Positions 1-8,184 of a DNA stretch of 37,879 nt are shown one piece after another. This stretch comes from Devosia sp. (GTDB lineage: Bacteria; Pseudomonadota; Alphaproteobacteria; Rhizobiales; Devosiaceae), in NCBI GenBank assembly GCA_011322005.1, contig DROE01000098.1, forward strand, positions 1 through 37,879. Direction: 5' to 3'. How positions within the stretch are numbered: position 1 is the stretch's first letter; each line of letters opens with the position of its first letter. The translations under genes and the position numbers were made by a program. The notes beneath the pieces were generated by a model. That model had not been told where the DNA came from and searched no databases. It worked only from the letters and a program-made list of their open reading frames with translations.

Positions 1-745
1 CTTCCGCACGCATCAGATGCAACAACACACCGGGGTCGATGGCTCCGCTCCTTGTGGCCATCACCAGCCCGTCCATGGGCGAAAACCCCATGCTTGTCGC
101 CACCCCCTTGCCATCAACAATGGCACAAAGGCTGGAGCCGGCCCCCAGGTGCAGGGCCAGAACGCGGCGCGGGAGAAGTTCCCCCGTGACCTCGCTGAAA
201 TGTCGCACCAGCGAGGCATAACTCAGCCCGTGAAACCCGTAGCGCCGGATGCCCCGGTTCCGATATTCAGCAGGAATGGCAATGGTCGTTGCCTCTTTGG
301 GGTTGTCCGCATGAAAAGCGGTGTCAAAACAAACCACCTGCGGCAAACCTTTATAGTGGGAGTTCAGGGCATCCATGACTTTGAGGGCAGGAGGATTGTG
401 CAGCGGCGCAAGCTCCGCCGCCCTTTCGATGTCGCCGCGCACATCCGGGGTCAGCAGGGTTGCCGAATTGCGTATTCCCCCGTGCACAACCCTGTGCCCT
501 GCTGCCAAAGGTTCGCCCTCAATGGCATGCGCCCGGAGGAAATCCAGCGCCCTTTCAAGCGCTGCGTGGTGGTTCTGTGCGTCAACGCGCTCTTCTCCGC
601 CCTCCAAAAGCAGTTTTGCGCTGTCCCCGATTGCCGCCACCTGGCCCTGGACCAGCCGTTTTTTCCCAGAACTGTCATAGGCGGCAAATTTCAGGCTTGA
701 GGAGCCGGCATTGAGCGTGAGTATCCAGTCCCGGCCCTGCGCCAT
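1..745 (-). CDS. ackA: acetate kinase, N-terminal ~248 codons (C-terminus lies beyond the window start)
   Basis: Absent from the ORF track because it runs off the edge. Reverse-strand translation from the ATG at 745-743 gives MAQGRDWILTLNAGSSSLKFAAY...APLHNPPALK...CFDTAFH...RRYGFHGLSY...HLGAGSS...MATRSGAIDPG, which are acetate/propionate kinase signature motifs. The start is 9 nt after the xsc stop and is preceded by GAGGA. Confidence 0.85.
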   Translation of the reverse strand, partial: MAQGRDWILTLNAGSSSLKFAAYDSSGKKRLVQGQVAAIGDSAKLLLEGGEERVDAQNHHAALERALDFLRAHAIEGEPLAAGHRVVHGGIRNSATLLTPDVRGDIERAAELAPLHNPPALKVMDALNSHYKGLPQVVCFDTAFHADNPKEATTIAIPAEYRNRGIRRYGFHGLSYASLVRHFSEVTGELLPRRVLALHLGAGSSLCAIVDGKGVATSMGFSPMDGLVMATRSGAIDPGVLLHLMRAE

Positions 746-754
746 TGCCTGTCC

Positions 755-2533
755 TCAAAGCACCTTTTGCGGTCGCATGTCGGCGGCATTGATGCCTGCC
801 ACCACCACCGGGCTGGTCATGGCGTCGCGCCGGAAAGGTTCGCCCATTTCCTGATTGAGCATCACCTCGATGAACGTGGTTTTGTTGTCAACCATCTGAG
901 AGGTGACCGCCACATTCAGGGCTTCTGTCAATTCCTCCATGCTGGTGGCCACAACGCCGTTGACACCGCACGCCTGCGCAATGCCCGCATAAGAGACGTT
1001 ATAGTCCAGTTCGGTGCCGACAAAATTGTCGTTGTACCACAGCGTGGTGTTGCGCTTTTCGGCCCCCCACTGGTAGTTGCGGAAGATAACCATGGTGATC
1101 CCCGGCCACTCATCCCGGCCACAGGCCGTCATCTCGTTCATGGAGATGCCAAAGGCCCCGTCCCCGGCAAAGCCCACGACCGGGGTATCCCTGCACCCGA
1201 TTTTTGCTCCCAGAATTGCCGGAAAACTGTACCCGCACGGCCCGAACAGACCCGGTGCCAGATATTTGCGGCCTGTCTCAAATGTCGGATAGGCGTTGCC
1301 GATGGCGCAGACATTACCGATGTCGGAGGAGATTATCGCCTCGCGGGGCAGCGCCGCCTGAATGGCCCGCCATGCCTGACGCGGAGACATCAGGTTTGGC
1401 TTTTCCGCCCGTGCCCGCCGGTTCCAGTCTGTGCCCGCATCATCCTCCTCATGGTTCATCGAGGTCAGGGCCTGGGCCCATGCCGATTTGGTCTGTGCTA
1501 TGGTTTCACGCCTCCGGGTGCGCCCCCTGTCTCCGGCATCCGGCGACAGGCGGGTCAGAATTTGTGAAGCAACCAGCGCCGCGTCCCCCACGATGCCCAC
1601 ATCCACCGGCTTGGTCAGCCCGATACGGTCGGCATTGATGTCCACCTGAATGATTTTTGCGCCCTGGGGCCAATAATCAATGCCATAGCCGGGCAGGGTG
1701 GAAAACGGATTGAGCCTTGTGCCCAGCGCCAGCACCACGTCAGCTTTTGAAATCAGCTCCATCGCCGCCTTGGAGCCATTATAGCCCAGCGGCCCTGCAA
1801 ACAGCGGGTGGGAGCCGGGAAAGGCATCATTGTGCTGATAGCCACAGCACACCGGCGCATCCAGACGCTCCGCCAGCTCTTTTGAGGCTTCAATTGCCCC
1901 CCCGATGACCACACCGGCACCGTTCAGAATAACGGGAAACTCCGCTTGCGAGAGCAGTTCTGCTCCCTTTTCTATGGCGTTCGGACCGCCCGAGGGGCGC
2001 TCGAATTCCACTATCTGGGGCAGGTCGATGTCGATGACTTTGGTCCACATATCACGGGGCACATTGATTTGGGCCGGAGCCGAAAGCCTCTTTGCTTTCA
2101 TGATCACACGGTTGAGAACTTCCGCCACGCGGGAGGGGTCGCGCAACTCCTCCTGATAGGCAACGCAATCGGCAAACATGCGCATCTGTTCCACTTCCTG
2201 AAAGCCCCCCTGACCGATGGTCTTGTTTGCCGCCTGCGGCGTGACCAGCAACATCGGCGTGTGATTCCAGAACGCAGTTTTGATCGGGGTAACCAGATTG
2301 GCAATTCCGGGCCCGTTCTGGGCTATTGCCAGACACATTTTTCCCGAAGCGCGGGTAAATCCGTCCGCCATCATCCCGCTGTTATATTCGTGGGCGCAGT
2401 CCCAGAAACTGATGCCGGCCGCGGGAAAATTATCAGAAATAGGCATGAATGCCGAGCCGATTATGCCAAAGGCATTGTCAATACCGTGCATCTGCAGCAC
2501 TTTGATGAAGGCTTCTTCTGTGGTCATTTTCAT
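755..2533 (-). CDS. xsc: sulfoacetaldehyde acetyltransferase (ThDP-dependent)
   Basis: ORF 755..2587. I trimmed the start to the internal Met at 2533, which gives MKMTTEEAFIKVLQMHGIDNAFGIIGSAFMPISD.... The sequence is colinear over its full length with Xsc proteins as I remember them (GYQHNDAFPGSHPL, FAGDGAFGISMNE ThDP motif, FRNYQWGAEKRNTTLWY). Confidence 0.9.
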   Translation of the reverse strand: MKMTTEEAFIKVLQMHGIDNAFGIIGSAFMPISDNFPAAGISFWDCAHEYNSGMMADGFTRASGKMCLAIAQNGPGIANLVTPIKTAFWNHTPMLLVTPQAANKTIGQGGFQEVEQMRMFADCVAYQEELRDPSRVAEVLNRVIMKAKRLSAPAQINVPRDMWTKVIDIDLPQIVEFERPSGGPNAIEKGAELLSQAEFPVILNGAGVVIGGAIEASKELAERLDAPVCCGYQHNDAFPGSHPLFAGPLGYNGSKAAMELISKADVVLALGTRLNPFSTLPGYGIDYWPQGAKIIQVDINADRIGLTKPVDVGIVGDAALVASQILTRLSPDAGDRGRTRRRETIAQTKSAWAQALTSMNHEEDDAGTDWNRRARAEKPNLMSPRQAWRAIQAALPREAIISSDIGNVCAIGNAYPTFETGRKYLAPGLFGPCGYSFPAILGAKIGCRDTPVVGFAGDGAFGISMNEMTACGRDEWPGITMVIFRNYQWGAEKRNTTLWYNDNFVGTELDYNVSYAGIAQACGVNGVVATSMEELTEALNVAVTSQMVDNKTTFIEVMLNQEMGEPFRRDAMTSPVVVAGINAADMRPQKVL

Positions 2534-2617
2534 GGACGGTGTCCCCCCGGGGATTGAACGCGGTTGCTTAAGCCAGTCTGGCCGCAATTGCTTGTATGAT
2601 GCAAGCCACTGTACGCG

Positions 2618-2650
2618 TTAGGTCCAGAACGAAAGGAAATTTAAGTCCAG
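2618..2650 (-). promoter_or_regulatory. two direct CTGGACYTAA repeats (putative TauR boxes) upstream of xsc
   Basis: On the minus strand, CTGGACTTAA (2650-2641) and CTGGACCTAA (2627-2618) lie 23 bp start-to-start. The proximal box ends 84 nt upstream of the xsc ATG. Both match the TauR direct-repeat consensus I recall from Rhodobacter capsulatus. Confidence 0.5.
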
Positions 2651-2660
2651 TTTTGGAGCG

Positions 2661-2720
2661 AGAGCACTTCTAGGCCGAATTGAAGCAATTTGGCTGAGGT
2701 TCCGACCCTAGAAGTGTTCT
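2661..2720. repeat. 14-bp inverted repeat (one mismatch) with a 32-nt spacer, overlapping the tauR stop codon
   Basis: AGAGCACTTCTAGG (2661-2674) pairs with CCTAGAAGTGTTCT (2707-2720). No T-tract follows on the minus strand, so it is not a canonical terminator. Confidence 0.35.
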
Positions 2721-4188
2721 ATACCGTTAGTTCGTGCATGGCCCGGGCAATCAGGGCGATGCCCTGAGGGATTTGTTCCTTTGAAATCGAGGAATAGGCC
2801 AGCCGGAAAAAGTGTTTTGGCGCGTTGCCGCCCTCAAAAAACACACCTCCCGGTTCAATCAACACCCCCCTGGCCGCCAGTTGCGCCGCCAGAACATCCC
2901 CATCGAGACCCCCCGGCCCCTCAATCCAGAAGCTGGAGCCGCCAAATCCCGCGCTGCCGGCGATTTTCAGCCCCGCCTTGCGCAACGCCCTGTCCATTAC
3001 CCTGCGTCGTTCATGCAGAGCCGAACGCATGCTTTTCATCATCGCATCATAATGGCCCAGCCCCAGAAAATTGGCCGTTGTCCTTTGCATGTGCCCCGGC
3101 GGGTGGCGCAGCACCATGGAGCGCAAAGCCCGCGCTTCGCGGATAAAGGCCTCAGAACCCACCAGATAGCCAAGCCGCAGACCCGGAAACAGCGATTTGG
3201 AAAAACTGCCCACATAAACGACCCGGCCATGCTCATCCAGGGACTTCAGCGCCGGGGAGGGGGCTTTGAGAAAACTCATCTCGAACTCATAATCGTCCTC
3301 AACGATGAGAAAATCATTCCTGGCCGACAGCTCCAGCAGTTCAAAGCGCCGCGCCATGGGCATGGTTATGGCCGTGGGGCACTGGTGGCTGGGTGTCACA
3401 AAAACCACCTCGCACCCATCAGGAATTGCGCCCGGAACCAGCCCGTCCTCATCAATGTCGATGGGAAAACGCTCGCATCCACAATGTTCAAGCACGCTGC
3501 GCAGACCCGGATATCCCGGATTTTCGTAAGCGGCGACCGAGCCGGTCTTCAACAGGATTTGCGCCACCATCCACAAGGCGTTCTGCGCGCCCACCGTCAC
3601 CAGAATCTGCTCGGGACGTGCCAGAATTCCCCGCCGGGGCAGGGTGTGCCGGGCGATGAATTTGACAAGTTCGGGATCGTCGCGCTCAGCATGGTCGGAG
3701 GTCAGGCTGTCAAACTCGCGTTTTCCCAGCGCCTGATGGGCACACAGGCGCCAGTTCGCCTGATTGAACAGTGCCGGGTCCGGCTGACCATAGACAAATG
3801 GATAGGGATATTGCCGCCAGCTGCTTGTTTTTTCCACCAGCCTGTCGCCGGAAAACCTGCGCTTTATCGCCCGTATCCAGTCTACATTATCCCCCTCATT
3901 GCCCTTTTGGCTTGCACTGAGGAGCGGTGCCGGGGCGGTTCTGGAGACGAAATAGCCCGAACGCGCCGCGCTTTGCACATAGTCGTCGCCCACCAGTTCG
4001 TTGTAGGCCAGCGTTACCGTTATGCGCGAAACTCCCAGATGGGCGGCGAGCCGACGCGAAGAGGGCAGCTTTTCCCCCGGCGCGAAGCGGCCCGAAAGAA
4101 TAGCCGAGGCGACGATCTGGCGAATCTGGCTTTGCAGGGAACCCTGAAAAGTCCGGTCCAGAAAAAACACGTCTTCAGCCAGCGGCAA
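2719..4188 (-). CDS. tauR: MocR-subfamily GntR regulator (N-terminal wHTH plus PLP aminotransferase-like domain), TauR-like
   Basis: 489-aa ORF with a TTG start. The N-terminus has a GntR HTH (LPSSRRLAAHLGVSRITVTLAYNELV), followed by a class-I aminotransferase fold (SFSKSLFPGLRLGYLV). It lies between xsc and a divergent aminotransferase. Confidence 0.8.
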   Translation of the reverse strand: MPLAEDVFFLDRTFQGSLQSQIRQIVASAILSGRFAPGEKLPSSRRLAAHLGVSRITVTLAYNELVGDDYVQSAARSGYFVSRTAPAPLLSASQKGNEGDNVDWIRAIKRRFSGDRLVEKTSSWRQYPYPFVYGQPDPALFNQANWRLCAHQALGKREFDSLTSDHAERDDPELVKFIARHTLPRRGILARPEQILVTVGAQNALWMVAQILLKTGSVAAYENPGYPGLRSVLEHCGCERFPIDIDEDGLVPGAIPDGCEVVFVTPSHQCPTAITMPMARRFELLELSARNDFLIVEDDYEFEMSFLKAPSPALKSLDEHGRVVYVGSFSKSLFPGLRLGYLVGSEAFIREARALRSMVLRHPPGHMQRTTANFLGLGHYDAMMKSMRSALHERRRVMDRALRKAGLKIAGSAGFGGSSFWIEGPGGLDGDVLAAQLAARGVLIEPGGVFFEGGNAPKHFFRLAYSSISKEQIPQGIALIARAMHELTV

Positions 4189-4202
4189 TTCATTCTCCCG
4201 AT

Positions 4203-4235
4203 CTGGACTTATTTCGCAACCTTAACTGGATGTAA
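4203..4235 (+). promoter_or_regulatory. two degenerate CTGGACYTAA-like direct repeats in the tauR/aminotransferase divergent region
   Basis: CTGGACTTAt (4203-4212, 9/10 match) and CTGGAtgTAA (4226-4235, 8/10 match). They show the same 23-bp phasing as the xsc boxes, lie 76 nt upstream of the ATG at 4312, and lie 15 nt from the tauR start. Confidence 0.45.
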
Positions 4236-4311
4236 GAGAAGCCGGTGCCGCCACCTAATGTCAACCGGCAACTACCCCCTGTCATCCGGCCTCTCACAGG
4301 AGAACCAGACA

Positions 4312-5631
4312 ATGGCCCACAGCGCAAAGACCAATTCTCTGGAGGAATTCTGGGTTCCCTTCACCGACAATCGGGAATTCAAGGCCGCTCCGCGCCTGAT
4401 AACAAAGGGCGAAGGCCTCTACATGACGGACCAGAACGGTGGCCGGCTGATAGATGGCTCCTCCGGCCTGTTTTGCTGTCCTGCGGGTCATTGCCACCCA
4501 AAGATTGTAAGTGCCGTGCATCAGGCCATGCTCCAGACCACGTTCGTTTCCTCCTTTGGCACTTCACATCCGCTTTCTTTTGCGCTGGCCGAGCGGGTGG
4601 CCCGGCTGTTGCCCGAACAGTTCAAACACATATTTTTTGTCAATTCCGGTTCCGAAGCCGTGGACACTGCGCTTAAAATGGTTATGGCCTATCACTCCGC
4701 CCTGGGCCGCGACCGCACGCGTTTTGTCAGCCGTGAGCGCGCCTATCACGGGGTAAACATGGGCGGCGTGTCCCTGTCGGGAATGGTGAACAACCGCAAG
4801 GCTTTCCCCTCCGTTTTGCCCAATGTGGTGCTGATGCGCCACACCTGGAGTAAGGACGAGTTGTTCGTGCGCGGCCAGCCGGAGACGGGGGCCGAGCTTG
4901 CCGATGACCTGCAACGCATGGTCGACACCTATGGCGCACAGAGCATCGCCGCCTGTTTTGTCGAGCCCGTGGCCGGTTCCACCGGCGTGCTGGTTCCCCC
5001 CAAAGGTTATCTGGAGCGCCTGCGCCGGATTTGCGACAAAAATGATATTCTGCTGGTCTTTGACGAAGTGATTACCGGTTTTGGCCGCATTGGCGGAAAG
5101 TTTGCTTCAGACAGGTTTTCAGTGACCCCCGATATCATCACCATGGCCAAGGCCCTGACCAACGGCTCCATCCCCATGGGAGCGGTGGCCGCCAGCGACA
5201 GGGTCTATGACACGATTTTGGATGCTGCCGCCCCCGGCACAATCGAATTTTTTCACGGCTACACCTATTCCGGCCACCCCGCCGCCTGTGCCGCCGGTCT
5301 TGCCGCCCTTGAAGTCTATGAAGAAGAAGCGCTGTTCCAAAGGGCGGCCGACCTCTCGGACTATTTTCTCGACGCGGTCTTTTCCCTCAAAGGCCACCCC
5401 AAAATCCGCGACATTCGCGGCATCGGTTCTGTTGCCGGTATCGAGTTGGTCTCGAACGGCAAACCCGGCCAGCGCGGCACCCAGATGCAAAAGGAGTTGT
5501 TCTGGAATGGCATGCACGTGAAATTCACCGGTGATGCGGCAATCCTTGCGCCCATGTTTATCGCTGAAAAGAGCCACATCGATGAAATACTCGACAAGTT
5601 TGCAAAAACTCTGAACGGGCTTGTAGTTTAG
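4312..5631 (+). CDS. tpa: class-III omega-amino acid:pyruvate aminotransferase (taurine/beta-alanine-pyruvate type)
   Basis: This is the 3' part of the artefactual ORF 2812..5631. The real start is the ATG at 4312 (MAHSAKTNSLEEFWVPFTDNREFKAAPRL...), preceded by AGGAGAA. Class-III aminotransferase motifs are present (FFVNSGSEAVDTALK, LVFDEVITGFGR, MAKALTNG). Taurine as the substrate is inferred from context only. Confidence 0.75.
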   Translation: MAHSAKTNSLEEFWVPFTDNREFKAAPRLITKGEGLYMTDQNGGRLIDGSSGLFCCPAGHCHPKIVSAVHQAMLQTTFVSSFGTSHPLSFALAERVARLLPEQFKHIFFVNSGSEAVDTALKMVMAYHSALGRDRTRFVSRERAYHGVNMGGVSLSGMVNNRKAFPSVLPNVVLMRHTWSKDELFVRGQPETGAELADDLQRMVDTYGAQSIAACFVEPVAGSTGVLVPPKGYLERLRRICDKNDILLVFDEVITGFGRIGGKFASDRFSVTPDIITMAKALTNGSIPMGAVAASDRVYDTILDAAAPGTIEFFHGYTYSGHPAACAAGLAALEVYEEEALFQRAADLSDYFLDAVFSLKGHPKIRDIRGIGSVAGIELVSNGKPGQRGTQMQKELFWNGMHVKFTGDAAILAPMFIAEKSHIDEILDKFAKTLNGLVV

Positions 5632-5783
5632 CGGGCAAAGGGAATGGTCAAACCTGTGGCAGACTGTGTGTGGGACTTTTGGTTCCGCTCGGTGCCACTG
5701 CATGCCATGCTTCCCTTTTGTTCCTATTCTCAAACTTTTTGACTTGACGTCAAAGCCCTGCAAATCTAGGACTTCGGGCCAGT

Positions 5784-5860
5784 CGGGGCGTAGCGCAGCC
5801 TGGTAGCGCATCTGTCTGGGGGACAGAGGGTCGTAGGTTCAAATCCTGCCGCTCCGACCA
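5784..5860 (+). tRNA. tRNA-Pro (anticodon GGG)
   Basis: A 77-nt cloverleaf folded by hand. Acceptor stem CGGGGCG/CGCTCCG; D-arm GCGC-AGCCTGGTA-GCGC; anticodon stem TCTGT/ACAGA with loop CTGGGGG; T-arm GTAGG-TTCAAAT-CCTGC; encoded CCA; followed by a T6 run. Confidence 0.93.
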
Positions 5861-5904
5861 TTTTTTCAACCTTTCATAGCTTGCGCTTTCGCGGAGCAAT
5901 TGCC

Positions 5905-6875
5905 ATGCGCCCCCAAATCGTTGAAGCGTCTTTGAACCGCTGGCCCGGGCTGGCAGGGGCCACGGCACGCCTCATAAACCTGTCTGAAAACATACATTTC
6001 TGCTTGAGCAACCAGGTGGACAAAAAACGGTGCTCCGGGTGCACCGTCCCGGTTACCATTCCCTTACAGCCATCAACAGCGAGCTTGCGTGGATGGCGGC
6101 GCTGCGCAACGAAACCGGACTTGTTACCCCCATGGCATTGCCCGGAAATGACGGAGCGCTGGTTCAGTCTGTTGATGCGGGCAAGGGGGAAATGCGTTTT
6201 GCAGTACTGTTCGCGTTTGAGGAAGGCACAGAACCCGAGCAGGGCGCCAGCCTTGTTGCGTCTTTCAGACAACTCGGTGTGCTGGCGGCAAACTGCCATG
6301 CCCACGCCGAGCGCTGGGCCTTGCCGGAGGGATTTACCCGACTGACTTGGGACGCGGACACGATTTTGAGCCCCGATGCGCACTGGGGCGACTGGCGCGA
6401 TGGCCCCGGGGTCAGGGGCGAAATCCCTGAAGTGCTGAGCCGGGGCGAAAAGGCCATACGGGCAAAACTGTCCGGCTATGGCAAGGGAGCGGACCGGTTC
6501 GGCATAATCCATGCGGACATGCGACTGGCCAACCTGCTGGTTGATGATGGCCAGACCAAGCTGATTGACTTTGACGATTGCGGCTTTGGCTGGTTTGCCT
6601 ATGATTTTGCCGCCGCAATTTCCTTCTTTGAAGATAGTGAACTGGTGCCGGACCTGCTTGCTGGCTGGCTTGCCGGTTACAAAACCGTTCGCGGGTTCAG
6701 CGAAGCGGATCTTGGGATCATGGACACCATGGTCTTGTTGCGCCGCTATGCGCTTCTTGCCTGGATTGGCTCGCACCACGAAACCGAACTTGCAGCAAAC
6801 CTCAAAGACAGTTTTGCCGCAGGCACGGCTGGTTTGGCAGAGCGCTATCTTTCCGACGGAAAAATTGTACGCTAA
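5905..6875 (+). pseudogene. APH-fold phosphotransferase (aminoglycoside/homoserine-kinase-II-like family), frameshifted in an A6 run
   Basis: N-terminal 41 codons ([41 protein letters not shown]) are in frame 1 from the ATG at 5905. The rest (VLRVHRPGYHS...HADMRLANLL...IDFDDCG...) is in frame 3 (ORF 6030..6875). The two join at GACAAAAAACGG (6019-6030), and one extra A would restore ...DKKTVLRVHRPGY.... Confidence 0.7.
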
Positions 6876-8161
6876 ATCAGCGCTCCGCGCCTTGTGCGCT
6901 GCTCTTGCGTCACGCGTTTATATCCCGTTGTCACGCCCCAGATCATGCCGGTCACCAGAAAATAGTGGCGCCAGTGGTCGGTGTCGATAATTGCTGATTC
7001 AAGCACCAGGGGCACATAGACCGCAACCAGCGGAATAAGCAAAAGCCGGTTTGGGGAAGAGCGCAAAAGCGTGCCAAGGGCGCGTCTGAGCGTCATCCAC
7101 ACCAACGCGTAATATGCCAGCCCGCCACCCCAGCCATAGGCATGCAGCACGTTGACATAGGTATTGTGGGGTTCCTCGACAATGCGCAGATTTCGGAACT
7201 CGAGCGGCCCGATGCCCCAGGGGTTGTTCAATGCCAATTCAAACGCATAGGCCTGCCGTCCGAAACGGCCTGTGGAGCCTGAATCATAATTCTGCACCAG
7301 GCTGGCGCGTTCCATGAACAGCGCCCGCACATCGTCGATACTGAGCAGGGCCACCAGCGCCAGGATGAGAACTGCCGCGCCAAGCATGGCCAGCACCATC
7401 ATGCGCGCCCTGTCCCTGACATTGGCCTCCAGAACAAAACAAAGCACAAAAACCAAAGCCGAGGAAATCAACATATATCCCCAGGCGGCCCGCGAAAAAG
7501 ACACAAAGATACCAATGAACAGGATGCCGTAAATGATGGCTGAGATGACGGCGCGCTTTCCGGTGTCCAGCAGCGCCTTTTGCAGCGCAAACACCGCCGG
7601 AACGATGATGAAGGGTGCAAAAACATTGGGGTCCTTGAAAGTCGAGCGCACCCGGGAATTTTCGATTAACTGGCCAAAATCAGGGATGATGCGCAGATAG
7701 GCCAGAGTGCCGATGATGGTGGCAAACAGGGCAACCGCCGTATAGGCATTCATCATGCCCCGAAGCCGCAAGTGGGGAGCGTCAGCCACATAGTTGGCCG
7801 CAAACCAGGCCGTAAACCAAAGGTAGACCGTGACAATCACATAGATCATGGCCTGATAGACCGGCTGGAAGCTCACCTGAAATGCCCCGATGAGGGCGAA
7901 TGGGGTAAACAGCACCATAAGCGTGAACAGGGGCTGGTTGGCCCGGTGAATGCCAACCCCGGCCAGGACGGCGACCGGCAGAACCAGGAAAAACAGAACC
8001 TCGTACGGGGAGGGATCAATCAGAATGATGCCGCCGGAAAACACCCATAAGCCCACAAGCGGACCCAGCCACTTTCCGGCCGCAAAAAAAAGCGCGCTTT
8101 GTCTTGGAACCGGTAAGCCAGGTCGAGAACCGGCTGTTGCCGTTGCGGAGGCGTTTTGCAT
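6872..8161 (-). CDS. O-antigen ligase/polymerase-like (Wzy-type) polytopic membrane protein
   Basis: 429 aa with about 10-12 hydrophobic segments and a large loop region typical of the Wzy_C/O-antigen ligase family. It is the last gene of the minus-strand polysaccharide operon. Confidence 0.65.
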   Translation of the reverse strand: MQNASATATAGSRPGLPVPRQSALFFAAGKWLGPLVGLWVFSGGIILIDPSPYEVLFFLVLPVAVLAGVGIHRANQPLFTLMVLFTPFALIGAFQVSFQPVYQAMIYVIVTVYLWFTAWFAANYVADAPHLRLRGMMNAYTAVALFATIIGTLAYLRIIPDFGQLIENSRVRSTFKDPNVFAPFIIVPAVFALQKALLDTGKRAVISAIIYGILFIGIFVSFSRAAWGYMLISSALVFVLCFVLEANVRDRARMMVLAMLGAAVLILALVALLSIDDVRALFMERASLVQNYDSGSTGRFGRQAYAFELALNNPWGIGPLEFRNLRIVEEPHNTYVNVLHAYGWGGGLAYYALVWMTLRRALGTLLRSSPNRLLLIPLVAVYVPLVLESAIIDTDHWRHYFLVTGMIWGVTTGYKRVTQEQRTRRGALI

Positions 8162-8184
8162 CTGGCCGGCCCTGGTTGAGGCGG

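Noticed and set aside
17-700. A 227-aa plus-strand ORF at the window start
   Set aside because: It is antisense to a clear acetate kinase reading frame. It matches no family, and its composition is typical of shadow ORFs in GC-rich DNA.
2812-5631. A 939-aa ORF, the longest in the track
   Set aside because: Its first ~1500 nt are antisense to tauR, and that part translates to low-complexity R/P/A-rich sequence. Only the part from the ATG at 4312 looks like a protein (a class-III aminotransferase). It is a high-GC read-through artefact.
5744-5753. The perfect palindrome TTGACGTCAA (CRE-like) 31 nt upstream of tRNA-Pro
   Set aside because: It is most simply two overlapping TTGAC -35-like hexamers of the tRNA promoter. 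There is no second copy or partner regulator in the window.
5874-6779. A 301-aa minus-strand ORF
   Set aside because: It is a shadow ORF opposite the APH-fold kinase, which carries recognisable catalytic motifs.
6872-6875. A 4-nt overlap of the convergent stop codons of the kinase pseudogene and the Wzy-like gene
   Set aside because: Tail-to-tail stop overlaps are common in compact genomes. It is noted only because it leaves no room for terminators.
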